From: Deltaproteobacteria bacterium
GTDB lineage: Bacteria; Myxococcota_A; UBA9160; SMWR01
Assembly (NCBI GenBank): GCA_032128375.1
Contig: JAQBGU010000143.1
Location: 12,710 to 76,709 of the forward strand
DNA length: 64,000 nt
Reading direction: 5' to 3'
The translations under genes were made by a program, and so were the position numbers. Of the stretch, positions 18,936-29,921 are shown one piece after another; position 1 is the first letter of the stretch, and each line of letters opens with the position of its first letter. The notes under the pieces were generated by a model that made no database searches, was not told the origin of the DNA, and saw nothing but the letters and a program-made list of their open reading frames with translations.

Positions 18936-21900
18936 CTATCGGGAGGCCGCTCCGGTGCGATTGCTCATCGAACTCACGGTTCGCTTGACGGCGTCAGCGG
19001 CGTCGTCGAACAGCAGGTAGAACACGGGGACCACGATCAGCGTCAGCAGCGTCGACGAGAGCATGCCGGCAGCGGTTGCAATCGCCATCGGGGCGCGGCT
19101 CTCGGAGCCCGGTCCGAGGCCGAGCGCAGCCGGAAGCACCCCGAAGATCATCGACAGCGCCGTCATCAAGACCGGTCGCATCCGCACTGGCGCCGCGGTG
19201 CGCATCGCCTCCAGCTTTTCCATCCCCTGCGCGCGCAGCTGGTTCGCATAGTCGACAACGAGAATCGAGTTCTTCGTCACCAGGCCTAACAGCAGCAAGA
19301 TTCCGATCATGCTGAACAGGTTGAGCGTGTTCGCGCTCACCAACAGACCGGCGAGCGCCCCCACCATCGCGAGCGGCAGAGCCAGCATCACCGTCAATGG
19401 GTGCACGAGGCTCTCGAACTGCGCCGCCAGCACCATGTAGATCACGAGGATTGCCAACCCCAGTGCGAGCCCGAGTTCCGCCATGCCTTCCTGCATCGAC
19501 TCTGCGTTGCCGCCGAGTACGAGCGTGGCGCCATCGGGCAATACCGCGACGCCGATCTCACGGATTTCTTCGATCGCAGTACCCAGTGCTTTGCCGACGA
19601 GGTTTCCAGTGATCGTCACGCTCCGTTGGCGATTCGCGCGCGTGATCGCGGATGGCGCGGCCCCCGTTTCCACGCGAATCACGTTGCGCAGCTCCACCAG
19701 CTCGCGGCGATCGTTGCGCACGAACAATCGGCCAAGCGCGGCCGGTTCGGCGCGGTCCTTTTCCTCGAGCCGCACGCGGATGTCGTAGCGCCGTCCGGCC
19801 TCTTTGAAGACACCCACGTCGAGGCCGCCCACCATCGCCTGAATCGCGGACGCCACGCTACGGGCGTCGACCCCCAGCGCCGCGGACCTCTTGCGGTCCG
19901 GCACAACGCGCAGCTCCGGCAGCCCGAGTTTGAGACTGTTGTCTACGTCGACGTAGCCCGGCAGTTTCTCGAGACGTTCGATGAACCGGTCCGCTAGCTC
20001 GGCGAGTTCCGCCAGCGGCAGGTCGGCGCGAACCTCGAACTCGAAGTCGCCGCGCTGCATGCTCATCACCTCGCCCATGCTGAAGATGCGCAGCGTGCGG
20101 CCGGGGATCTTGCCAAGCTGCTCGCGCGCGGCTTCGATCAGCTCGAAGATGCTGCGCTCGCGCATGTGCGCGGATTTCAGCATCGCGAAGATCATTCCGG
20201 TGTGAGATTGCGGAATCGCATCCGGCCCACCACCTCCTCCACCAGCGGCGGAGAACATCGCCGACAGCTCCGGTTGCGCGAGCAGGTAGGCTTCGTCGCG
20301 TGCCAGATACTCGGCGGTCGCCTCGAGCGACGTCCCGGGCTGGGCTTCGAGCTGCGCCATCAGAAGACCACCGTCGGTCGGAGGCAGGAACTCACCCTCG
20401 AGCTGTGAGCCGATCCCGATCGCCAACGCGAGGCTACCCAGTGCGAACGCCACCGTCGCGAGACGGTGGCTAAGCGTCCAATCCAGCAGTCCGCGATACG
20501 CGTCTTCCAGCCGCACGAACGCCGACTCGAGTCGCTGGTACACGCTTCCATGGGGTCTCTCCACCGGAGGGGGCATGCGCGCCGCTAGCATGGGAGTCAA
20601 CGTGAGCGCGACGAACAGCGAAATCACCACCGAGCCGGCAACCGTCAGACCAAACTCGCCCAGAAAGCTTCCGACAATCCCCTCGACGAAGACGACAGGG
20701 AGGAACACGGCGGCCACTGCGAAGGTCGCCGCGGTCGCAGCAAAGGTGATCTCGCGCGTGCCTGTCGAGGCTGCCTCCGCCGGCGTTGCGCCGGCCTCGC
20801 GGTGTCGTTCGATGTTCTCGAGCACGACGATGGCGTCGTCGATCACGACGCCGACCGCCAGCGTCATGCCGAGCAGAGTCATCGTGTTCAGCGTGTAGCC
20901 GGCCGCCCATACCAGTCCGAATGTGGCGATCAGCGAGATCGGTATCGCTGCCGCGACGATCAGCGTTGGTCGCGTCCGGCGCAGGAACACGAATACGACC
21001 AAGACTGCAAGCAGCGCTCCGAACAGCAACGCGAACTGGGTCTCTTCGACTGCTTCGCGGACCCCGAGCGAAAAATCGATCCAACCGTCGGGCCCAACGA
21101 TGTGCATGCCTTCGGGCAGGATTGCCCGGATCTTCCCAAACCTTCGAAACACCTCGTCGACGATTGCCACGGTATTCTCGCCGGACTTGCGCATCACACC
21201 GATGCCAACCATCAGGCGACCGTTGTAGCGGCCGATCATCTTCTCGTCTTCGGCGCCGTCTTCGATGCGCGCGACATTGCCGAGCAGGATCGGGGCGTCG
21301 CCGCTGTGTGCGACGACCAGCGATTCGAGCTCTTCGATCGTGTGAAACTCCGCGTCGGTTCGGACCGAGTACTCCATGCGGCCGCTTTCCAGCGCGCCCC
21401 CAGGTGCATCGACGTGTTGCCGAGCCAGTGCACCCACCACATCGCTGGCCGCCAGGCCGTGGGCACGCAACGCCTCGCCGTCGAGCCAGATCCGGATGTT
21501 GCGCGCGCGATTGCCAAACATCTGCAAACCGGCCACGCCGGGAATCGTCTCGAGCAGCGGACTCAGCTGCCGCTCGGCAAAATCGGTGATCTCAGCAACC
21601 GACGCGTGCGACTCGAGCGGAAACCACAGCACGGGGATGTCGTTGGGATTGAAAGACCGCACGACTGGGGGCTCGAGCTCCGTTGGAAGCTCGAGGCGAG
21701 CAATCGCAATCGCGTCGCGCAGCTCCTGCGCCATCACATCGAGGTCCGCGCCGAGCCCGAATTCGACGATAATCTGCGCGCCACCCTGCTGGCTGGTCGA
21801 GCGCACGCTGCGCACACCGGAGAGCGTGGTCACCTGCTCTTCGATGACATCGACCACGCTCGACTCGACGGTCTCCGGACTCGCACCGGGCAGCACGGCA

Positions 21901-22043
21901 ATCACCGTGAGCACCGGGAATTCCATGTTGGGGTATTGATCGAGGCCCAGACGGCTGTAGCCGAGCACGCCGAACACGATCAACGCGAGCGTCACCATCC
22001 AAGTCAGGATGGGACGTTGGATTGCGACGTCAGAAAGTGTCAT
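18936..22043 (-). CDS. RND efflux permease (AcrB/AcrD/AcrF family)
   Basis: 1035 aa; GVVIDDAIVVLENI, KNSIL, RMRPVLMT. Confidence 0.95.
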   Translation of the reverse strand: MTLSDVAIQRPILTWMVTLALIVFGVLGYSRLGLDQYPNMEFPVLTVIAVLPGASPETVESSVVDVIEEQVTTLSGVRSVRSTSQQGGAQIIVEFGLGADLDVMAQELRDAIAIARLELPTELEPPVVRSFNPNDIPVLWFPLESHASVAEITDFAERQLSPLLETIPGVAGLQMFGNRARNIRIWLDGEALRAHGLAASDVVGALARQHVDAPGGALESGRMEYSVRTDAEFHTIEELESLVVAHSGDAPILLGNVARIEDGAEDEKMIGRYNGRLMVGIGVMRKSGENTVAIVDEVFRRFGKIRAILPEGMHIVGPDGWIDFSLGVREAVEETQFALLFGALLAVLVVFVFLRRTRPTLIVAAAIPISLIATFGLVWAAGYTLNTMTLLGMTLAVGVVIDDAIVVLENIERHREAGATPAEAASTGTREITFAATAATFAVAAVFLPVVFVEGIVGSFLGEFGLTVAGSVVISLFVALTLTPMLAARMPPPVERPHGSVYQRLESAFVRLEDAYRGLLDWTLSHRLATVAFALGSLALAIGIGSQLEGEFLPPTDGGLLMAQLEAQPGTSLEATAEYLARDEAYLLAQPELSAMFSAAGGGGGGPDAIPQSHTGMIFAMLKSAHMRERSIFELIEAAREQLGKIPGRTLRIFSMGEVMSMQRGDFEFEVRADLPLAELAELADRFIERLEKLPGYVDVDNSLKLGLPELRVVPDRKRSAALGVDARSVASAIQAMVGGLDVGVFKEAGRRYDIRVRLEEKDRAEPAALGRLFVRNDRRELVELRNVIRVETGAAPSAITRANRQRSVTITGNLVGKALGTAIEEIREIGVAVLPDGATLVLGGNAESMQEGMAELGLALGLAILVIYMVLAAQFESLVHPLTVMLALPLAMVGALAGLLVSANTLNLFSMIGILLLLGLVTKNSILVVDYANQLRAQGMEKLEAMRTAAPVRMRPVLMTALSMIFGVLPAALGLGPGSESRAPMAIATAAGMLSSTLLTLIVVPVFYLLFDDAADAVKRTVSSMSNRTGAASR

Positions 22044-23257
22044 GTGCCGGGGGCGCCGGGAGCCAAAGCCGCGGAGTCGAAATCGCTGCCGTCCATGTTG
22101 CGCAGTGCCACCGGCGAGCCATCGACGAGATTGGACTGGCCCCGCACGACCACCCAGTCTCCGGCGGCCACCGCACCGCTGATCTCGACCAGGCCACCTC
22201 GGTGGGCCCCGGCTTTGATGGTCACGCGCGCTACGTGTTCGCCACCGGGCTCCAACTTGAAAAGCACGCTGCCGTCGGATCGCAGCAGCAGCGCCTCCTT
22301 GGGGACCATGATCACGCCGCTGCGCTCGGCCACTCCCAGGTCGACCTGAGCGAATGAGCCCGGCAACAGCCTGCCGTCGCGATTCTCGATCAACGCCTTC
22401 GCCCGGCGTGTCCTCGATTCCGAGTCGATCGTCGGAGAGACGACGCTCACCACGCCGTGCGACACCAGGTCTGGATGTGTCGCGACCCGCACCTCGACCG
22501 TCTGGCCGATCGCAACGCGCGATGAGTCGACTTCGGGTAGGAAGAACTCGACCTCGACCGGATCGAGCGCTACCAGGCTGAACAGCTTCTGCCCGGAATT
22601 GACGAACTCGCCCGCGTTCACCAGCCTGCGCGCGACGAGTGCGTCAAACGGCGCTCGCACACTGGCGTCGGCGACCGCGCGCTCGGCCAGCCCGAGCCGC
22701 GCAGCAACTGCGAGCAGCTGCGCGCTTGCCAGCTCCAACCGCGTCAGCTTCTCGTCGAGCCGCGCCTTGGACCCTACACCACTGCTCGCGAGCTGCTCGG
22801 CTCGCTTCACCTCACGGCTCGCTTCGACCTGCTGCGCCTGCATCTGGGCCAGGCTGGCACGCGCGTCGGCGAGTTCGAGCTTTCGACGCCCGGGATCGAT
22901 CTCGATGACGACCTGCCCGAGTGTCACTGCAGCTCCCTCATCGACCGCAATTCCGGTAATCTCACCCGACACCTGTGCGGCGACAGTTGCCTCTGCCTTT
23001 GCGAGCAGTTGCCCGGTCGCCTCGATCCGGTCGACAACATCTTGCGCGATCGCACGTCCGACCATGACCGGAGGTGCACCGGCAGGCGGCGAGGCGGCGT
23101 CCTCGGAGCATGCAGTCACTGCCAGCCCTGCGGCACAGAGCGCAAGCCAGCGGAGCGGTCGGATCGCGCCACTGGCGTTTGGGCCGCGCAATCCGAGATT
23201 TTGCGCGTCGGGCGGGCGCCTCCGTTTAGAGGTGAGTGTCGCTGCGATTCGATTCAT
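22040..23257 (-). CDS. RND periplasmic adaptor (membrane fusion protein)
   Basis: Lipoprotein-like LAVTAC; VRAPFDA, GEFV, LLPGSFA; ATGA overlap with the permease. Confidence 0.92.
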   Translation of the reverse strand: MNRIAATLTSKRRRPPDAQNLGLRGPNASGAIRPLRWLALCAAGLAVTACSEDAASPPAGAPPVMVGRAIAQDVVDRIEATGQLLAKAEATVAAQVSGEITGIAVDEGAAVTLGQVVIEIDPGRRKLELADARASLAQMQAQQVEASREVKRAEQLASSGVGSKARLDEKLTRLELASAQLLAVAARLGLAERAVADASVRAPFDALVARRLVNAGEFVNSGQKLFSLVALDPVEVEFFLPEVDSSRVAIGQTVEVRVATHPDLVSHGVVSVVSPTIDSESRTRRAKALIENRDGRLLPGSFAQVDLGVAERSGVIMVPKEALLLRSDGSVLFKLEPGGEHVARVTIKAGAHRGGLVEISGAVAAGDWVVVRGQSNLVDGSPVALRNMDGSDFDSAALAPGAPGT

Positions 23258-23925
23258 TTCGGCCCGGGAGATTCGAGAATCCGCTCGAAGATTGCGCGGA
23301 CAGCGGGCGCCGCGTCGGAGACCGCGCCTCTTTCCGATGCTTCTACCCAGCGGGCCGCCGCCATGTTGATCGTGCCGGTGATCGAAACGGCTACGGCTTC
23401 GGGATCGAGAGTTCCGAGGTAGCCCTGCTGCTTGGCGCGCGAAGCGATGTCGATGACCCAGGACGTGAATTGCTCAAAAATCCGAAGAGAGGGCTCGCCC
23501 AAAGTCTGTCGCACCTTCCACGGAAGACCCTGGGTGCTGTCGGCGAACAGGCGGAGTAAGTCCGCGTGCTCATCGAAGCAGGAAAACAGCGCGTCGATCA
23601 GAGCCAGAAGCTGCTCTCTCGGATCGGCGATTGCGTCGACCTGGACTTGAACTTTGTCCCGCACGGCTTCAGCCGCGCTGCGGATCACTTCCTGATAGAT
23701 CTCTTCCTTGCTCGCGAACAGCACATACAGCGACCGGGTCGAGAGTTCGGCGTCCGCCGCAATCTCGGCTACCTGCGCGCCTTGAAATCCCTTCGCCGCG
23801 AAAATCGCCGAGGCCGCAGTGATGACATCGGCACGCCGCATTGCCGATTCGCGTTCACGCCGTTCGGCTCGAAGAGACTTTGCTTCCAATTTCGCCACTT
23901 CCGGTTGAACCCGAATTCCGATCAA
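23254..23925 (-). CDS. TetR/AcrR family regulator
   Basis: FAAKGFQGAQVAEIAADAELSTRSLYVLFASKEE HTH; start may be GTG 23898. Confidence 0.9.
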   Translation of the reverse strand: MIGIRVQPEVAKLEAKSLRAERRERESAMRRADVITAASAIFAAKGFQGAQVAEIAADAELSTRSLYVLFASKEEIYQEVIRSAAEAVRDKVQVQVDAIADPREQLLALIDALFSCFDEHADLLRLFADSTQGLPWKVRQTLGEPSLRIFEQFTSWVIDIASRAKQQGYLGTLDPEAVAVSITGTINMAAARWVEASERGAVSDAAPAVRAIFERILESPGPK

Positions 23926-24044
23926 GTTCCGGTAGTTCCCATCGCATTGGCGCTTTGTCAGCTACGGCTGGCTACGTGACCGCCGGCGGCTCTTCGATCG
24001 GAATTCACTGATCTCGAATCGAAAATTTCTCGGGTAGACAGTGT

Positions 24045-24075
24045 ATTATAAGTTTTCGATTTGAAAATACATAAT
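24045..24075 (-). promoter_or_regulatory. Candidate sigma70 promoter for the tetR-RND operon
   Basis: Perfect TATAAT on the minus strand (24045-24050) inside an AT-rich patch; weak -35. Confidence 0.35.
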
Positions 24076-24135
24076 TTACCAGTATTTCCCTAGTGGGGAG
24101 GAGTCCCCGCTCCGATCGGCGACACACTGACCCGG

Positions 24136-25827
24136 CTAGAAGAGTCCTGTGATCCGACCGTCGTCGTCCACGTCGATCTTCTCGGCCGAGGGCACCCGCG
24201 GCAGGCCCGGCATCGTCGTGATGTCACCGCAGTAGACGACCACAAATTCCGCCCCGGCCGCTAGACGAACATCGCGCACGGTCAGATCGAATTGACTGGG
24301 TGCACCGAGCAGCATTGGATCGGATGAAAAGGAGTACTGAGTCTTGGCCATGCAGACCGGCAGCTGGCCGTAGCCGTCAGCGTCCAGCTGCCGGAATTTA
24401 TCCCGAACGCGCTTGTCGGCTTCCAGGTCGCGCGCACCGTAGACATTCCGCGCGATCCTCTCGACCTTGCCCCATAGCGGTAGATCGTCGGGATACAGGT
24501 AGTGGAAATCCGAGGGAACGTTTTCGATGACGTGAACCACGGCTTCGGCCAGCCGGCGGCCACCCTTCGAGCCGTGCTGCCATACCGTGCTCTCGATGAC
24601 CTCGACACCGAGATGTGCGCATTTCTGCACGGTTGAATTCACTTCGGCTGCGCTGTCGTTGTCGAATCGGTTCAGCGCGACGACAACCGGCAGACCAAAG
24701 GACCGGACATTCTCGATGTGGCGCTTCAAATTCGCGAGCCCCTTCGAAAGCGCAGTCAGATTCTCGCTGCCGAGGTCGGCCTTTGCGACTCCACCGTGCA
24801 TCTTGAGGGCGCGCACGGTTGCGACCATGACGACGACGTCGGGACTGAATCCCGCCTGGCGACAAACAATGTTCATGAACTTCTCGGCACCCAGATCCGA
24901 ACCGAAGCCGGCCTCGGTCACGACGTTGTCGGCCAGTTGCAGCGCCGCGCGCGTGGCGATGATCGAGTTCGCACCGTGGGCGATGTTCGCGAAGGGACCA
25001 CCGTGAATAAAGGTGGGTGTGTGTTCGATGGTCTGAACGAGGTTCGGGCGGATCGCATCCTTGAGAAGCGCCGTCATGGCACCGTCGACCTTCAGGTCTC
25101 GCGCCGTGACCGGCTGCCGATCGTAGGTATGGCCGATCACGATGTTGCCGATGCGGCGCCTGAGATCTGGAAGGTCGTCGCACAAGCAAAAACATGCCAT
25201 GACTTCCGATGCCACTGTGATCTGAAACGAATCCTCGCGCGTTATCGAATTGTTGACACCACCCAAGCCTACGACGATGCCGCGTAAGGCGCGGTCGTTC
25301 ATGTCGACAACGCGCGACCACGTCACGCGCCGCGGGTCGATCCCGAGCTGATTGCCGAAATGAATGTGGTTGTCGATGACGGCGGACAGCAGGTTGTTCG
25401 CGAGACCGATCGCATGAAAGTCGCCGGTGAAGTGGAGGTTGATCTCCTCCATCGGCAGAACCTGGGAATAGCCTCCTCCCGCTGCGCCGCCCTTCATTCC
25501 AAAGCACGGGCCCAAAGAGGGTTCGCGCAGACACAGCATCGTGTCCTGTCCGATGGCTCGAAGGGAATCCGCGAGCCCGACAGAAGTCGTGGTCTTGCCT
25601 TCTCCGGCAGGTGTTGGGCTCATGGCGGTCACGAGAATGAGCTTTCCCCGGCCCTTCTTCCCTGCGGCGAGCGACCTGCACCTGGCCAGACTGAGCTTGG
25701 CGATATACCGCCCATAGCAGTCGAAATCCTCGTCCCCGAGCCCGAGCTGTGTCGCGATCGCGCCGATCGGCTTGATCTGTGCGGCCTGGGCGATCGCGAT
25801 ATCGCTCGGGACGGTTGAATTGGCCAT
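24136..25827 (-). CDS. fhs: Formate--tetrahydrofolate ligase
   Basis: [64 protein letters not shown]. Confidence 0.97.
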   Translation of the reverse strand: MANSTVPSDIAIAQAAQIKPIGAIATQLGLGDEDFDCYGRYIAKLSLARCRSLAAGKKGRGKLILVTAMSPTPAGEGKTTTSVGLADSLRAIGQDTMLCLREPSLGPCFGMKGGAAGGGYSQVLPMEEINLHFTGDFHAIGLANNLLSAVIDNHIHFGNQLGIDPRRVTWSRVVDMNDRALRGIVVGLGGVNNSITREDSFQITVASEVMACFCLCDDLPDLRRRIGNIVIGHTYDRQPVTARDLKVDGAMTALLKDAIRPNLVQTIEHTPTFIHGGPFANIAHGANSIIATRAALQLADNVVTEAGFGSDLGAEKFMNIVCRQAGFSPDVVVMVATVRALKMHGGVAKADLGSENLTALSKGLANLKRHIENVRSFGLPVVVALNRFDNDSAAEVNSTVQKCAHLGVEVIESTVWQHGSKGGRRLAEAVVHVIENVPSDFHYLYPDDLPLWGKVERIARNVYGARDLEADKRVRDKFRQLDADGYGQLPVCMAKTQYSFSSDPMLLGAPSQFDLTVRDVRLAAGAEFVVVYCGDITTMPGLPRVPSAEKIDVDDDGRITGLF

Positions 25828-25889
25828 GGAGTTCTCCTTGATGCGGCGGAACCGAAACAAGCCGACCTGCTCGGGTCTCGAGGGGTTTG

Positions 25890-25921
25890 GAAAATCTGTT
25901 GACAAGAAAATCTGTTGACAA
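25890..25921. repeat. 16-bp perfect tandem duplication GAAAATCTGTTGACAA x2
   Basis: Read directly; lies in the fhs upstream region; each copy contains TTGACA. Confidence 0.85.
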
Positions 25922-26199
25922 AGGGAAGCAATAGCTGCGATTCATGCACCAATGCCGAGTCGGCTGCAAGTATTGCCGGGTTCGAGGTCGCCAACCCGAG
26001 AGGCCTGCTCGGTTGAGCTTGCACTCGGCGGCCAACCGGCTCGTTTGGGAGTACCTTCGCCCGCGGGACTCGGGCCGTTCTCGTCGCCCAAGTCCGAGCT
26101 CCATCTCGAAACTTCGCTCCGCGAACAGCCCGACGGTCCGTTCGCGCAGCGCGCGTTCGACCTGCTTGTCGAACGCACGGCCGGCCCATACGGTGGGAT

Positions 26200-26573
26200 C
26201 GACGAGCCGAACCTGCCAAACGTGATCGGTTTCGATCCAGCGCTGCAGGTGCTGGCGATCGAAGACGCCGTTTCCGGATTGGTGTTCGCAGCCGAGTACG
26301 AGCTGGCGGGCGTGTACAACCTCGCTTCAGCCGGTCTAATTCGCTACAGCGAAAGCGCGTCACGTGATGGGCCGCCCCGCGCTCCCGGTACTGCCGATCG
26401 AGGCGGGTCCACAGAGACCTCTCGCTCGCCTCATCGGAATCTCCCACGTGCCCGATGGACTGCTCGGCCTGATGCTCTTCTTCGGGCAGGCTGTCTACGC
26501 GTGGAAACTGGCATCCGCCGGCTTCCACCCGCACCACGACCTGGTCGGCTACCTCGAGGCCCTTCGGAGCTGA
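26200..26573 (+). pseudogene. C-terminal remnant of an NAD-dependent epimerase/dehydratase (frameshifted)
   Basis: VIGFDPALQVLAIEDAV...GVYNLAS, then a frame change to GRPALPVLP...AGFHPHHD; no N-terminal Rossmann motif. Confidence 0.6.
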
Positions 26574-26727
26574 ATCACCGCGCAGCGCGGTGAGCCCTCA
26601 TCGCCGTCTGGCACGCGGCTATCGCCCGATCGGCGCAAGGGCTGTCCAGTGCCACAGGAACGCTCGATCGATTGGTCCTCAAGTCAACAGACCAGAGCGC
26701 CGAATTCAGGTGCTTGGGAGTCTGCTT

Positions 26728-27963
26728 TTGATTGATTCGGCTTTCGTCACCAAGATCCTCAAATCAGCCGTCGCCGTCGGCGCGTCGGATGTGCACCTCA
26801 AGGCCGGAGAGCCGGTATTGCTGCGGGTTCGGGGCGAGCTGCAACCCCTCAATATCCCGAAGCTGACGCCCGAAGACACGCAGCAGGTGTTCGAGTCTCT
26901 GCGGCCCACCCATGCAGCCAACGTCGAAGCCGACCAGGTCCAGGAACTCGACTTCGCCCACTCCGTGTCGGGCCTCGGGCGCTTCCGCGTCAACACGTTT
27001 CGGCAGCGGGGCAGTATCGCGCTCGTCATCCGGATCGTCCCATTAGAGGTCCCCAGGCTCAAGGATCTGAATCTTCCAGATCAGCTCCCGAACCTGGCGA
27101 GCGAAAAGCGCGGGCTGGTGTTGGTGACGGGAACGACCGGAAGCGGCAAATCCACCACCCTCGCAGCGATGATCGACCACATCAACAATACGCGACGCGC
27201 CCACGTGATCACGATCGAGGACCCCATCGAGTTTTTCTTTCGCAACAAGCGTGCCTCGATCGTGCAGCGCGAAATCGGTATCGACACTTCCTCGTTCTCT
27301 GTGGCCCTGCGGGCCGCTCTTCGCCAGGACCCCGACATCCTGATGATCGGCGAGATGCGCGATACGGAAACAATCGACATCGCACTCAAGGCTGCCGAGA
27401 CGGGCCACTTGGTGCTCAGCACGACCCACACCACCGACGCCACGAAAACGGTGCAGCGGATCCTCTCCGTGTTCCCCTCCAGTGACCAGCCCATGATGCG
27501 CGTGCGCCTGTCGGAGTGTCTGCGCGGGGTGATCTCACAGCGCCTGCTACCGCGCGCGGATGGAATCGGCCTGATCCCGGCGGTGGAAATCATGGTCGCG
27601 ACCCGCGTGATCCAGGAGTCGATCCGGGACCCGGAACGAACCTTCCAGATTCAGGACTACATCCAGAAGGGCAAGCACTACGGCATGCAGACCTTCGACC
27701 AGGCGCTGATCGCGCTAGTCAATGCGGGTCTCATCACGTGGGAGGTCGCGCTCACCGCGGCCTCGAGCCCAGGCGATCTGGACCTGCAGCGCCGGATGGG
27801 CGTCGACGGGGAAGAGGAGATGACCATCGAAGAACATCAGCACTACGCCGGCGGGGACGAGGACAAAAATCTCGAAGTAGCGAGGCCTGTCGCTCCGCCC
27901 CCGAGCGCGTCCCCCGATCCAGAGGCGGACCCGCCCGCAGCTGAGGCCCCTGGAAAAGCCTGA
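26728..27963 (+). CDS. pilT: PilT/PilU type IV pilus retraction ATPase
   Basis: ASDVHL, GRFRVN, GTTGSGKST, TIEDPIE, ALRQDPD, GEMRD, AETGHLV, GMQTFD; TTG start after GGGAG. Confidence 0.92.
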   Translation: MIDSAFVTKILKSAVAVGASDVHLKAGEPVLLRVRGELQPLNIPKLTPEDTQQVFESLRPTHAANVEADQVQELDFAHSVSGLGRFRVNTFRQRGSIALVIRIVPLEVPRLKDLNLPDQLPNLASEKRGLVLVTGTTGSGKSTTLAAMIDHINNTRRAHVITIEDPIEFFFRNKRASIVQREIGIDTSSFSVALRAALRQDPDILMIGEMRDTETIDIALKAAETGHLVLSTTHTTDATKTVQRILSVFPSSDQPMMRVRLSECLRGVISQRLLPRADGIGLIPAVEIMVATRVIQESIRDPERTFQIQDYIQKGKHYGMQTFDQALIALVNAGLITWEVALTAASSPGDLDLQRRMGVDGEEEMTIEEHQHYAGGDEDKNLEVARPVAPPPSASPDPEADPPAAEAPGKA

Positions 27964-28021
27964 CGAGTCAAGGGCATCTCTCATCACATCGCTACCAACG
28001 CAGCAGCGAACCTTGCGTGGG

Positions 28022-29830
28022 TCAGCAGTCGAGCAAGCTCGGGAGAAGATGGGCTATGGCGAGCGCTTCGGGAAAGTCGCGCCCAGGGTCCTCCTGCCAG
28101 GAGTTTCGGGCTTTTCCCGCGTCGAACACCGAGGTCCAGAATCCGTTGCGGTCGAAGGCCTCCTCGATGATGGGGGCGGCCACTTCCTTCCAATACAGGT
28201 TGGGCTTGTAGGTCCTGCGGTGCCGCGCGCGCCGCCAGTCGTTGCCCTGCTCGTGGAAGTGTCGCTTGCTGCGCTTCAACTTGAGCTTCGGAATCCTTCC
28301 CGAGGCGACGTCCTTTTGTGTGGCCTGATCCTCGTAAGGGATATCGGCCCAGTCGGGCGCGAGGGTCCCGACGATGTGACGGTGGAACGGGCGATCGGCG
28401 ATCTCGCGCTCGGGATACGCGTAGCAGGCGCGAATGAAGCCCGCGGACATGTACGGAGCGACCACCAGCCCCGGCTGTGATGCGAGCGTCGCCGAGCCCC
28501 AGCGTCGCGTGTACTCGTAGAGAAAGAAGAAGTGGAGCCTTGCGAGTCCAGTGAGCCCGTAGCGATCGGCCTGCCGATAGGCGGTGATGATGCGCTCGCG
28601 CACGGCCTCGTGCATGTCCGGGCGCAGGAAGCTCGGCGCGTGATCCATTAATGTGTCGACGAGCCGCGGCTCGTGCAGATCGTCGGGAAGCTCGCGCGCG
28701 CCGATCTTCACGACGAAGTCGGCCTTGCCGAAACCCCCGTGCTGACCCATCACGTTGACCACGCCCGCGTCGAGGTGCGGCTTGCGTGCGAGGAACGTCG
28801 TGTGGCGCCGCAGGTCCATGGCCCCGGCCTGCCAGAGCAGGGCACTGCTGATGCTGCGTCGGCAACCAGCGGCGTCGTCGGGCGGGAAGCCGCCCTTGAC
28901 CTTGATGCGGAGGCGGAGGCCGGCGATGCGCGCCAGCTCGTTCGAGATCATCACGTCGAAGCGATCCTGGCTGCCGCGCACGCGAACGTCGAAATCCTCT
29001 CCAAGCGATCGCAGTGTGGACACGACGACTCGGCTGTCCCAACCGCCTGAGAGTCCGACACTCGGCTTGTTCCACTGCGACGCACACGCGCGCAGGTGCT
29101 CGCGGATCGAAGTGCGACCGAGTTCGAGGCACGCATCGCGGGGCATCGGATCGGGCACGACCCAGCGCTCCAGCACATCGTGTCGCGTCCTCGAGAGTCG
29201 GCCCGCGGTGTCGATCTGCAGGGCCGTTCCGGGCTCCAGATACCGGACGCCGCGAAAGCCGGTCGTGTCCATGGGAAACCAGCCCAGCGTGAAGCGTGTT
29301 GCAAACTCCACGGGGTCTGGCTCGAGGGGTACGCCGAGAACCGGCAGGGCGCTGACGCGATTGGTCAACGCCCAGAGCGGACCCCTTTCGACCTCGAAGA
29401 GCTGCGCCTGGCCCATGGCGTCGTTCTGGACCCGGACATCGTCGCCGGACTTCGACCAGATCAGCGAAAACGGAGGGGCAAGATCGGCCAGCAGTGACGG
29501 TGCATCGGCTTCGAGCTGCTGGCCCAAGTCTCGCAGCACGCCGTCGTCGTTCGCAGGAGTGGCCCGCTTGCGCAGTACGGCGACTGCGTCGAGGGGATAC
29601 TCGGGGGCCAGCGCCCAGCCGTTGCCCGACGCCTCGAAACACGCAGGCTCCCAGCCCCGGATCGGGAGGTCGAGGTAGGCCAGGTGGGTGTCCCCTGCGA
29701 ATTTCACCCGCACGGGCGGCGGCTCGGCAAACAGCGGCGCGAACCGACTCTGCAGGTTCGCAGCGACCTGGTGGGGAGCAAGATCATCGCGGATCGCGCC
29801 AGCGTTTCGCCACAACAAGAAGATCAACAT
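28022..29830 (-). CDS. Asparagine-synthetase-like (PP-loop) amidotransferase/ligase
   Basis: Ntn-like N domain (NDAMGQAQLF, VRYLEPG) without an N-terminal Cys; GLSGGWDSR PP-loop. Confidence 0.7.
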   Translation of the reverse strand: MLIFLLWRNAGAIRDDLAPHQVAANLQSRFAPLFAEPPPVRVKFAGDTHLAYLDLPIRGWEPACFEASGNGWALAPEYPLDAVAVLRKRATPANDDGVLRDLGQQLEADAPSLLADLAPPFSLIWSKSGDDVRVQNDAMGQAQLFEVERGPLWALTNRVSALPVLGVPLEPDPVEFATRFTLGWFPMDTTGFRGVRYLEPGTALQIDTAGRLSRTRHDVLERWVVPDPMPRDACLELGRTSIREHLRACASQWNKPSVGLSGGWDSRVVVSTLRSLGEDFDVRVRGSQDRFDVMISNELARIAGLRLRIKVKGGFPPDDAAGCRRSISSALLWQAGAMDLRRHTTFLARKPHLDAGVVNVMGQHGGFGKADFVVKIGARELPDDLHEPRLVDTLMDHAPSFLRPDMHEAVRERIITAYRQADRYGLTGLARLHFFFLYEYTRRWGSATLASQPGLVVAPYMSAGFIRACYAYPEREIADRPFHRHIVGTLAPDWADIPYEDQATQKDVASGRIPKLKLKRSKRHFHEQGNDWRRARHRRTYKPNLYWKEVAAPIIEEAFDRNGFWTSVFDAGKARNSWQEDPGRDFPEALAIAHLLPSLLDC

Positions 29831-29921
29831 GCGTATTCCTTCATCCGGCGTTGAGCAATCTGCGCGACGCGACGCTCACCACGCGGCTGCCGGCCCAACC
29901 GTCGGCACTGCCGCGCGTGTA

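Noticed and set aside
25828..26000. ZTP or THF riboswitch upstream of fhs
   Set aside because: Expected from context, but I could not find the conserved aptamer motifs on the minus strand
26608..26625. TGGCAC upstream of pilT as a sigma54 promoter
   Set aside because: No GC at the -12 position with the required spacing
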